Below are positions 29,503 to 38,127 of a DNA stretch of 64,000 nt, one piece after another (the stretch's first letter is position 1; every line of letters begins with the position of its first letter). The position numbers and the translations under genes are program-made. The notes beneath the pieces are model-generated. The model saw only the letters and a list, made by a program, of their open reading frames with translations. It was not told the origin of the DNA and made no database searches. The DNA comes from an uncultured SAR86 cluster bacterium (GTDB lineage Bacteria > Pseudomonadota > Gammaproteobacteria > Magnimaribacterales > AG-339-G14). The stretch covers positions 11,020-75,019 of the forward strand of contig CACKZK010000005.1 in assembly GCA_902604535.1 (NCBI GenBank), in the 5' to 3' direction.

Positions 29503-30467
29503 TATAAATTCTCATTCAACCAAACTTCATTAAAAGCTTTAGATAAATATTTATTTCCAGTGTCGCAAATCAAAGAAACTACAGTTTTATGACTTTTCTG
29601 TCTTTTGCAATAATCTACAGCAGCTTTTACTAAAGTCCCGCAAGAGGAGCCGGCTAGTATACCTTCCTTTTTTAATAGGAGATTAACCATTTCAAACGCA
29701 TCCTTATCTGAAACATAAATTCCTTCATCAATGACACTTAAATCTAGGTTATCTGGAATGTAATCCTCGCCTATTCCTTCTACAAGCCATTGTCCTCCAG
29801 TATATTCAAAAGCTCCTTCATTTACAGCATCTGCAACTACTGAACCTTCAGGATCAGCAACAATAATTTCAATCTCCGGATTTTGACTTTTTAAAAATCT
29901 TCCAATTCCACTGATAGTTCCTCCTGTTCCAACACCAGCAACAAATGCATCTATTTTATGATCTGTTTGATCCCATATTTCAGGACCAGTTGTGGTTTCG
30001 TGAACATATGGATTTGCAGGATTGGAAAATTGATTTGCAAAAAAAGAATTTGGAGTATCTTCAACTAATTTAGCTGCAACTTCAGTGTAATATTCTGGAT
30101 CTCCTTTTTGAACATCTGAGCGAGTTAGAATGATCTCAATTCCCATTGCTCTCAAATGGGCTAATTTTTCTTCACTCATTTTATCTGGAATAACTAAAAT
30201 CAATTTATATCCTTTAAGAATAGCAGGAAGTGCTAATCCCAAACCCGTATTCCCCGCGGTGCATTCAATAATCGTTCCACCAGGTTTTAAGAGACCATTT
30301 TCTTCAGCAGAGTTTATTATGCTTTTACCAACTCTATCCTTTATTGATCCTCCAGGATTAAGGTTCTCTAACTTTAACAACAAGTCACATTTGCCAGTAT
30401 CAATGTTGTTTACCTTTACCATAGGAGTGTTTCCTATGCTTTCTAAAATGTCATTGTGCAGATTCAT
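29502..30467 (-). CDS. Cystathionine beta-synthase / cysteine synthase family (no C-terminal CBS domains)
   Basis: NPGGSIKDR, TAGNTG, PDKMSEEK, GVGTGGT, VEGIGED. Confidence 0.85.
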   Translation of the reverse strand: MNLHNDILESIGNTPMVKVNNIDTGKCDLLLKLENLNPGGSIKDRVGKSIINSAEENGLLKPGGTIIECTAGNTGLGLALPAILKGYKLILVIPDKMSEEKLAHLRAMGIEIILTRSDVQKGDPEYYTEVAAKLVEDTPNSFFANQFSNPANPYVHETTTGPEIWDQTDHKIDAFVAGVGTGGTISGIGRFLKSQNPEIEIIVADPEGSVVADAVNEGAFEYTGGQWLVEGIGEDYIPDNLDLSVIDEGIYVSDKDAFEMVNLLLKKEGILAGSSCGTLVKAAVDYCKRQKSHKTVVSLICDTGNKYLSKAFNEVWLNENL

Positions 30468-30588
30468 CTTCCTTGATAGTTTTTTTTCTATTGTATTTAC
30501 TTTTATCTTTAAAAACCTTTGGTTTATTAAATTTATGGAGATTTTTTGCTACTGGATTTTTCTTAGACTTTTTGATTTCTTTAGGCAC
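30451..30588 (-). CDS. 45-aa Lys-rich small protein (not in ORF track), possibly ArfA-like
   Basis: GTG start 4 nt after upstream stop; (M)PKEIKKSKKNPVAKNLHKFNKPKVFKDKSKYNRKKTIKEDESAQ; fills the gap and overlaps the next start. Confidence 0.65.
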   Translation of the reverse strand: MPKEIKKSKKNPVAKNLHKFNKPKVFKDKSKYNRKKTIKEDESAQ

Positions 30589-30592
30589 TACT

Positions 30593-31933
30593 TTAAGAAA
30601 GACGTTTATAAGCTTCTTCTTTTAGAAGCCAAATTCTATCTTGACCCCAAACATAAAAAGGATTTGCGTCATCATCATCGGTTAATTTATAACTAGGCAC
30701 TCCCCAACAGTTACCTGAATACATATCACTCAGATTATCTGATAAAACTTTTTTCCATTCTTCTGAATCCAAATGAGATTCCAGCTCATCCCAATTAATG
30801 TCTAATTTATCAACTATAACTTTCAATTTATCTATCTCACCTATATTTATTCCTTGATTAAAGGAAGCATCCATCAACAAAGCTATATATTCAAAACCTT
30901 TGCCTAAAGAATCGATAATTGGGAAAAGAGAATAAGCTCTTCTGGCTGGCTGACCTAGAGGCGAATATATTTTATCAATTTCTTGCGAATATCTTCTGCC
31001 TTCTCTGGCTGCATCGGAAATTATGTATTTAGCTTTATATAAAGGTATTTTCATTTCTCTCATCAGCATGGGAAGAACAGGGCGCGTAATGAGATTCAAA
31101 TTATATTTAGATGCAAATTCTCTTGTTCTATCGATGCTCACGAATGTATAAGGACTATTCAGTGATGGAAAAAAATGTAAATTAAGCTTTTTTTCAGAAG
31201 AAAAACCTTCAGGAGCTTTGAATGCAGGAGAAATAATATAATCGTTAAAATTTTCTTTGTTTAATTTAAGTTCGGTAAGCCTATCCTCTAAGTGATTAAG
31301 CCTATCGAGTCCCCAATAATTTTCTCCCTCATAATGAAACGCAGATCCAAAATAATATCCTGCCTTATCTCTCAACTTATTTCCTTCATTAAGGACTTTT
31401 TGAATCTCTGTGTCCGCTAATTCATTTTTTGAAATATCTCCAGATAATTCACTTTTATTTCCCCAAATCACTTCAGCAAGTTCTAATGCATCGTGGATGA
31501 ATTGTTCTTTATTGGTACTAATTAGCAAGGAATTCGCTTTTTTTACTAAAGCATTATTTGGGTATGTATCTTTCGAATAATGAACGTTGTAGTAAGGCCC
31601 AATTCTTTTAGCATCGTTCAAACAATGAATGTCGTACATGCTTGGCTCATGAACAGTCTCTGAGACGTCATCGCCTACTAACACCGGGGTAAATTCAACA
31701 TTAAATCTTTTAGAAATTTCTCCTGCATACGATGCAGTTAAGTATGAATAGGGATCATCTACTTTATGAAAGTATAGAACTTGATGTGGACGATTTTCTT
31801 CAATTCTTTTTTCTTCGGCATTTTTTCTTTGATCGAGAAAAGCTTGCTCATCAGCAAACCCCATCATATTACGGTTGCGAACTGGAGCAGCTATGGTCGA
31901 CTTATTAAAAAGATGCAAAAGGGTTTTTAACAT
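30593..31933 (-). CDS. Tandem DsbA-like / 2-hydroxychromene-2-carboxylate isomerase (kappa-GST) domain protein
   Basis: Two repeats: FHKVDDPYSY..YWGLDRL and FPSLNSPYTF..WGVPS..WGQDR. Confidence 0.75.
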   Translation of the reverse strand: MLKTLLHLFNKSTIAAPVRNRNMMGFADEQAFLDQRKNAEEKRIEENRPHQVLYFHKVDDPYSYLTASYAGEISKRFNVEFTPVLVGDDVSETVHEPSMYDIHCLNDAKRIGPYYNVHYSKDTYPNNALVKKANSLLISTNKEQFIHDALELAEVIWGNKSELSGDISKNELADTEIQKVLNEGNKLRDKAGYYFGSAFHYEGENYWGLDRLNHLEDRLTELKLNKENFNDYIISPAFKAPEGFSSEKKLNLHFFPSLNSPYTFVSIDRTREFASKYNLNLITRPVLPMLMREMKIPLYKAKYIISDAAREGRRYSQEIDKIYSPLGQPARRAYSLFPIIDSLGKGFEYIALLMDASFNQGINIGEIDKLKVIVDKLDINWDELESHLDSEEWKKVLSDNLSDMYSGNCWGVPSYKLTDDDDANPFYVWGQDRIWLLKEEAYKRLS

Positions 31934-33699
31934 TAAAACCTTACATTTCCTGACTGGATGCCTTTGTATAATTCCTCGTTAATCTCTTCGTACTTGTCAC
32001 CGTTTAAAAAATACACTGGATCTTGAGATTTTGTGGGATCAAAACCTAATTTTTTTAAGTCTTCCTTTTGATGCTTAAAAGTACCTGTTGTTTGCATTTC
32101 TTTTGTTAAACGCAAAAAGTAAGGTTTTTGAAAACCGTTAAGATTCTTTTCAACATGGTCTGCAAAAGAATTTAAGCTAAAGCTATTGCTGACATTCATT
32201 TGAGCCATTCCAGCTCGTCCCTCGGTATTATCAACCTGGACTCCATAAACATTCGCATCTAGAACACCTTCAGCTTTGTTGACTATTGCTGCAACTTCCA
32301 TTGTAGATACGTTCTCTCCTTTCCATCTAAAGGTATCACCAACTCTATCCGCAAAAGATAACCAATTATTTTCATGAAGAGTTAATAGATCTCCACTATT
32401 AAAATACCTATCACCATCTTTAAAGCAATCTGTAAGAATTTTCTTTTGAGAAGCTTGTGAATCTAGGTAGCCATCAAAAGAAGCTAATTTAGAAATTTCA
32501 CTTATGTAAAGGCCAGTTTCTCCTATGTTAACCTTCTCACAGAGACCATCTGTATTTCTTATTATTTCTCCGCTTTCTAGATCACATTTTACGATCTTAT
32601 CAGCTGATCTGTGTCTGCCGATCATACCTGGTCTACCAGCTCTATTAATGAATCCAGTTACTCCTTCAGTAGCACCGTAGATTTCTCTGATTTCAGGGAT
32701 CTGAAATCTTTCTTGGAATTTTTCCCAGATATCAGGTCTTAACCCATTTCCTGAAATCCTTCTTATTTTATGGCCTTTTTCTTCTGGTACTTCTTTAGAG
32801 TTCAAAAGGTATCTGCAAAGCTCACCCACATAAGGAAAAATCGTTGCTTCATATTTCTGGATATCCGACCAAAAATCTGAGGCAGAAAACTTTTCCTTGA
32901 TGACAATAGCATTCCCGGCTCTTAATGAAGCTGCCCAACAATATAGAAGACCTGTAGCGTGATAGAGTGGCAAGGTATTATAGAGAATATCGCTTTGCTT
33001 GAAGTTAAAACCTAAAAATTGACCAAAATAAGTCATTCGAACAGCTCTTTCATTAGTTATTAGAGCAGCTTTGGGTAAGCCAGTTGTACCGGATGTATAC
33101 ATATACATGCAAGCTTCTTTGAAAGAGGTAGTTACTTCATCACAAGGAATAGAATCTTCTTCTAAGTTAGTAAAATTTTGAATGTCAGACGGAACCTTCT
33201 CTTGATCATCTATACCAACGACAATTAAATTTTGCCTTTCTTCATCGGTGAGCGAAGAATTAAATTTCTCAAGATGAGATGCACCTATGAATATAGCTTT
33301 TGCATTTGCAACATTCAAAACATGTTTTAAACCTTCACCCTTTACCGTAGTGTTGAGCAAAGCTGCAATTGTCCCTGATTTAACAGCAGCTAAGATTAAT
33401 AAAAGATATTCAATTCGGTTATCCATCAAAAGAGCAAAAGAATCTCCTTTGTTCAAGCCTAAAGACCTTATTACCCCAGAATAACAATCAATTTTGTCTG
33501 AAGCTTGTTTCCAAGTGAGAACTTCATCTTTGAAAAGGAAAGCTTTCTCATTTGGATATTTCTTAATATTCCATTTAACGAATGTATAAAGATTGAGAGG
33601 AGATTTTTCACCCCAATAAAGAATGAAACGCGGAAGGGCAGTTACGTAGTAATAAATATCTTCAAATATTCCATGAAATTTCCAATATAAATTCTCCAT
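31933..33699 (-). CDS. Long-chain acyl-CoA synthetase (FATP-like)
   Basis: YTSGTTGLPK, YGATEG, DRVGDTFRWKGENVST. Confidence 0.9.
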   Translation of the reverse strand: MENLYWKFHGIFEDIYYYVTALPRFILYWGEKSPLNLYTFVKWNIKKYPNEKAFLFKDEVLTWKQASDKIDCYSGVIRSLGLNKGDSFALLMDNRIEYLLLILAAVKSGTIAALLNTTVKGEGLKHVLNVANAKAIFIGASHLEKFNSSLTDEERQNLIVVGIDDQEKVPSDIQNFTNLEEDSIPCDEVTTSFKEACMYMYTSGTTGLPKAALITNERAVRMTYFGQFLGFNFKQSDILYNTLPLYHATGLLYCWAASLRAGNAIVIKEKFSASDFWSDIQKYEATIFPYVGELCRYLLNSKEVPEEKGHKIRRISGNGLRPDIWEKFQERFQIPEIREIYGATEGVTGFINRAGRPGMIGRHRSADKIVKCDLESGEIIRNTDGLCEKVNIGETGLYISEISKLASFDGYLDSQASQKKILTDCFKDGDRYFNSGDLLTLHENNWLSFADRVGDTFRWKGENVSTMEVAAIVNKAEGVLDANVYGVQVDNTEGRAGMAQMNVSNSFSLNSFADHVEKNLNGFQKPYFLRLTKEMQTTGTFKHQKEDLKKLGFDPTKSQDPVYFLNGDKYEEINEELYKGIQSGNVRF

Positions 33700-33716
33700 T
33701 TTCTCCCCCTTAACTA

Positions 33717-35807
33717 TTAATTCAACCCGCGTTTTCTAAGCAAGGAATTCACGTTTGGTTCCTCACCTCTGAATTTTTCATATTGATTCATTAAATCCAC
33801 TGAGTTACCTGAACTATAAACAAAATCTTCCAGTTTTTCAGCATATTCCCTGTCATACAAACCTTCCTTATCAAAGATTTCAAAAGCATGTGAATCAAGA
33901 ACCTCGGACCACATGTAACTGTAGTATCCAGCAGCATAACCTCCAGCAAAAATATGACCAAAATAGGTACTTCCGTATCTGCTATCTATTTCAACTGGCT
34001 TGCCTATTTCTTTGAAAAGAGTTTGTTCAAATTTTTCTGTGTTCTCAACGGGTGATTCTATTGTATGCCACGCAAGATCCAGCATTGAAGCTATCATGTA
34101 TTCAGTGGTAGCAAATCCTTGATTAAAAGTTCCAGCAGCTGACATTTTTTCTAATAATTCTTTTGGAATAGGTTTGCCGGTTTCAAAATGTTTTGCAAAC
34201 TCTGCTAAAAAATCAGAATGTCTTATCCAGTTTTCCATAAGTTGAGATGGAAACTCGACATAATCTCTAGTCACACTTGTTCCGGATAAGTAAGGGTAAT
34301 CCACATCTGAAAGGAGACCATGCAAAGCATGACCAAATTCGTGAAAAAGAGTTTCAGCATGCTCAAATGTCAAAAAAGCTTTTTCACCGTCATTTGGTTT
34401 CGCAAAATTACAGACATTCAATACTATAGGCCTTACTCTTCCATCGAAATTACTTTGATCCCTAAAAGTATTCATCCAAGCTCCGCCTTGCTTAGATGGT
34501 CTGGCAAAATAATCTGTTAGAAAAACCCCTAGATGTTCATCATTTTTATCAAGTACTTCAAAGGTATCCACATCTGGGTGATATTTAGGAATATCATTTT
34601 TCTGAACAAACTTTATACCAAAGAGTCTGTTAGCGAGCTCAAAGGCAGAATCTCTAATTGAATCCATCTCAAGATAAGGTTGAACTTCTGCTGAATCAAA
34701 GTCATATTTTCTTTTTCTAACTTTTTCAGAATAGTACATCCAATCCCATGCTCGAAGAGCAAAATTATTACCTTCCTCTTGAATAAGTTCTTGCATATCA
34801 TTGATCTCTTGTTGAGCCATCGCTTTGGCAGGCTCCCAAACTTGATTAAGAAGAGCATTTACTCCGTTTGAAGATTTTGCCATGGTTTTCTGCAACGAAA
34901 GTTCCGCGTGATTTGTAAAACCCATCAGTTGAGCTTTCTCTAACCTTAAATTAGCCATTCTTCGGACTATGTCCTCATTATTAAACTCATTAGAATTTTT
35001 TCCTCTGTTTGTGTACATTTTATAAAGCTGCTCACGTAAATCTCTATTTGAAGAGCTTGTTAAGAAGGGATACATGCTAATTCTTGTTGGATTAAAAACC
35101 CACCCGGATGAATAACCTTTATTTTCAGCTAGACGTTTTGCTTGATCTTTGATTTCATCTGTTAAACCGCTAAGTTCCTTTTCATCGCTTACCAATAATT
35201 CAGAATTATTGGTATCTTTTAAAACATTCTGATCAAACTTTATAGAGAGCTCAGTTAGTTTTTTATTTATTTCAATAAACCTTTCTTTACTTTCTTGGGA
35301 TAGGTTTGCACCATTCATTTCAAAGCTTCTTATCATCTCATCAGTTAATCTTTGTTGCTCCGAGTTTAAGGAAGAGTATTCATTTTCTTTGATAGATTTA
35401 AGTCTTTGAAATATTTCTTGATTAAGAAATAGAGAATCTCTGTGAGCAGAAAGTTTTGGGCCAATCTTTTCAGATAATTTATCTAAGTCATCGTTAGTAT
35501 CGGTCGACAATAAATTATAAAAAACAATCGTTACTTTAGTTAACAACTTTCCCGATCTTTCAAGTTCAGCAATCGTATTTTCAAACGATGGCTTTTCATC
35601 GCTATTAGAAATTTTTTTTATTTCCTTATTATGAGCTTTAATACCTTCATCAAAAGCTGGCAAATAATGGTCTATTTTTATTGCTTTGAAATTAGGTACT
35701 TGGAACTCATTTTTATAATCTTCATAGAATGGATTCAACATCTCACTTTCCTCCGTACAACTTAAAATTAGAAATGAAATAAGAAATATGTAACTTATTT
35801 TAAACAC
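33717..35807 (-). CDS. dcp: M3 family peptidase (peptidyl-dipeptidase Dcp-like), lipoprotein
   Basis: FHEFGHALH, DYVEFPSQ, GYYSYMW; LILSC lipobox. Confidence 0.88.
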   Translation of the reverse strand: MFKISYIFLISFLILSCTEESEMLNPFYEDYKNEFQVPNFKAIKIDHYLPAFDEGIKAHNKEIKKISNSDEKPSFENTIAELERSGKLLTKVTIVFYNLLSTDTNDDLDKLSEKIGPKLSAHRDSLFLNQEIFQRLKSIKENEYSSLNSEQQRLTDEMIRSFEMNGANLSQESKERFIEINKKLTELSIKFDQNVLKDTNNSELLVSDEKELSGLTDEIKDQAKRLAENKGYSSGWVFNPTRISMYPFLTSSSNRDLREQLYKMYTNRGKNSNEFNNEDIVRRMANLRLEKAQLMGFTNHAELSLQKTMAKSSNGVNALLNQVWEPAKAMAQQEINDMQELIQEEGNNFALRAWDWMYYSEKVRKRKYDFDSAEVQPYLEMDSIRDSAFELANRLFGIKFVQKNDIPKYHPDVDTFEVLDKNDEHLGVFLTDYFARPSKQGGAWMNTFRDQSNFDGRVRPIVLNVCNFAKPNDGEKAFLTFEHAETLFHEFGHALHGLLSDVDYPYLSGTSVTRDYVEFPSQLMENWIRHSDFLAEFAKHFETGKPIPKELLEKMSAAGTFNQGFATTEYMIASMLDLAWHTIESPVENTEKFEQTLFKEIGKPVEIDSRYGSTYFGHIFAGGYAAGYYSYMWSEVLDSHAFEIFDKEGLYDREYAEKLEDFVYSSGNSVDLMNQYEKFRGEEPNVNSLLRKRGLN

Positions 35808-35812
35808 AATAT

Positions 35813-36268
35813 TTATTTTTTAAATATCGCTTTAACCTTATTGGATATAAACTTTTTTTCGTCTGAATTCTTTAACGATGCTTTTGCATAGTAAGTCATA
35901 TGATTATTTTCAGATGGAAAAGATGTATCCGAAAAATAAACTAAACATCCATCAGGATTTGGTGGGCAATCAAATGTTTTCCATTTTTCAGCTTCGCCTT
36001 GATCGCCTTTTGATCGATAAATATCAACAAAAATAGTTACATCTTCCGAAAGATTCACCTCTGAAGAATTACTCACGGATAGTTGCAGTCGAGGTGTTTT
36101 AGAAAGTGAATACTCATTCAGTTGCAGAAAGACATCATTTTCTGATTCTTGAATCAATAAATTGAGGTCCAAATTATATTTTTCATCAAATATTCCAATC
36201 TGACTAAAGACTAAAGTCATAACAACCAAAGCTAACGCTAGATAAGGAGCTTTTTTCTCAAAATTCAT
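35813..36268 (-). CDS. Hypothetical protein with N-terminal membrane anchor
   Basis: 151 aa, coupled to neighbours; CPPNPDGC motif. Confidence 0.6.
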   Translation of the reverse strand: MNFEKKAPYLALALVVMTLVFSQIGIFDEKYNLDLNLLIQESENDVFLQLNEYSLSKTPRLQLSVSNSSEVNLSEDVTIFVDIYRSKGDQGEAEKWKTFDCPPNPDGCLVYFSDTSFPSENNHMTYYAKASLKNSDEKKFISNKVKAIFKK

Positions 36269-36987
36269 TTCTTCAATTTATCCCACACTGCAAATGGAGT
36301 ATATATCAATGCAAAGATTAAAAATGCAAGAAGAACAAAAATTGGTATTTGAGCTGGTGGATCTGGAAGAAAATCAGCAATTGAAGCTGCATCAGGCCTT
36401 GCCATGAGGTACCAATAATTTGCAGGCTCACCCTCAGCTAGATAATTTATAAAACTATTTATAGAGTAAACAACTGGGGATAAGAAAACAGTAATGAAAA
36501 AGATTTTTATGAAGGTTTTAAAGTAAGGTCTCACCTTGTATACAATTAAAGAAAAGAATATTCCTAACCACATTAATCCGTGACCAAAGAAAAAAAGAAT
36601 GAAATTTGGATCAGGAAAGGTAAATCTTATATCTGGTTGTGTATTGGCAATCAATCCGCCTGCGATGCCCCAAAAAAATGATATTTCAAAAAAAATCTTT
36701 TTTCTAGAAAGTAAAAAAATGGCAGCACAAATTGCTGATAAGTGACAAAAATGAAGAGGTAATATTTTTAGTATCGAGAAATAATCTGGATAAAGTGCGG
36801 GATAATATATTGGTTTAGAAAATTCATTTAGCAGAATCAATAATGCTAATGAGGTAGAAATTACATTTTGAGTTTTTTCTTTCAAGGTTAGAACAAAATA
36901 GGGAATAATGATTATCGAAGTAAATATCAAACCCAGAGCTATCAAGTGATCAGATCCAAATATTATGAAAGGCTCATTTGTAAACAT
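36265..36987 (-). CDS. Integral membrane protein, YwaF/TIGR02206-like
   Basis: LPLHFC, FFWG, QPD, FFFGH, ANYWYL motifs. Confidence 0.75.
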   Translation of the reverse strand: MFTNEPFIIFGSDHLIALGLIFTSIIIIPYFVLTLKEKTQNVISTSLALLILLNEFSKPIYYPALYPDYFSILKILPLHFCHLSAICAAIFLLSRKKIFFEISFFWGIAGGLIANTQPDIRFTFPDPNFILFFFGHGLMWLGIFFSLIVYKVRPYFKTFIKIFFITVFLSPVVYSINSFINYLAEGEPANYWYLMARPDAASIADFLPDPPAQIPIFVLLAFLIFALIYTPFAVWDKLKK

Positions 36988-37348
36988 GTTTAAATCTTAT
37001 TTCAAAGGCAGATATTTATTCTATATCTTTTTATCTTTTTTACTTATTTCTTGTTCTGAAAACAAGATTGAAAACAAAATAAGTTGGCAAGGCAATTCTT
37101 TTTATGTCAGCAGAGAAAACGATGAATATAAAATTGATTATTCTGTAACTACAAATAAAACTTCTGCAGAAATTGGAACAGAGTTGAATATCTTTTCCTT
37201 TCCTGAAGGAAAAATTATTGATAGTTTTTTTATTGAATTAATTGAAAAGGAAGTAAGAGTTGATGGAGTTGAGTTTTGTAGGATCTGGGGGAATTCAGAG
37301 AAAACTAAATCTATGAACTACATTGTCGTTAATGACTGTCTTTATTAG
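36986..37348 (+). CDS. Hypothetical lipoprotein
   Basis: Hydrophobic stretch plus LLISC lipobox; start uncertain (36965 or 36986). Confidence 0.55.
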   Translation: MFKSYFKGRYLFYIFLSFLLISCSENKIENKISWQGNSFYVSRENDEYKIDYSVTTNKTSAEIGTELNIFSFPEGKIIDSFFIELIEKEVRVDGVEFCRIWGNSEKTKSMNYIVVNDCLY

Positions 37349-38126
37349 GATCCGCTGATTCCATAAAGTCAGCAAACTGCGTTTGCAATCTTTGCATACC
37401 GGAAATCCATCTATCTCGATCATTCCCTTTTCTAGCCACATACTCAAGAACCTCTTTATGTGGGGCTGCTAAAAATCTTTCATTAATTATCGCATCCAAA
37501 ACTTCAGCAGCACATTCTTCAGGTTCAATCATCCCGTCAACTCCTGCAACACCAGGTCCATTAGCAGTCATAGCTGTTCTTACCGCTTGAGGACATAAAC
37601 AGGTAACGCCAATTCCATTTGAACCGTATGTAATTTTGAGCCACTCAGCAAAAGAAACGGCAGCTGCTTTTGTAACGGAATAGGGTGCAGCCCCGATTTG
37701 AGTTAAAAGACCTGCTGCAGATGCAGTATTCATGAAATAACCAGATTCCCGTTTAAGCATGTTTGGCAAACAATACTTTGCAGCATGAATATGTGACATA
37801 ACATTTATGTCCCAGATAGTTTGCCAACCCTGAGAAGTGGTATCGAGGAGGCCAAACTCTCCTCCAATACCTGCATTTGAACAAAATATATCTATGTCAT
37901 TCTCTTTATTAACTTTCTCAATGAGATCTTTTATTTCTGATTCATTTGAAACGTCTGTTCTTATTGCAATACCTTCCATTAAATCAGCTGTTTCTGTTAG
38001 ACCATCTTCATTCAGATCTGCAATATAGACTTTATCTGCTTTAGCGTTTCTAAAAGCTTGAGCGAGAGCTCTTCCTATTCCGCTGGCAGCCCCTGTGACA
38101 ACAACAACTTTATTTTCAATATCCAT
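37329..38126 (-). CDS. SDR family oxidoreductase
   Basis: TGAASGIG, NAG, YSVTK. Confidence 0.9.
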   Translation of the reverse strand: MDIENKVVVVTGAASGIGRALAQAFRNAKADKVYIADLNEDGLTETADLMEGIAIRTDVSNESEIKDLIEKVNKENDIDIFCSNAGIGGEFGLLDTTSQGWQTIWDINVMSHIHAAKYCLPNMLKRESGYFMNTASAAGLLTQIGAAPYSVTKAAAVSFAEWLKITYGSNGIGVTCLCPQAVRTAMTANGPGVAGVDGMIEPEECAAEVLDAIINERFLAAPHKEVLEYVARKGNDRDRWISGMQRLQTQFADFMESADPNKDSH

Positions 38127-38127
38127 T

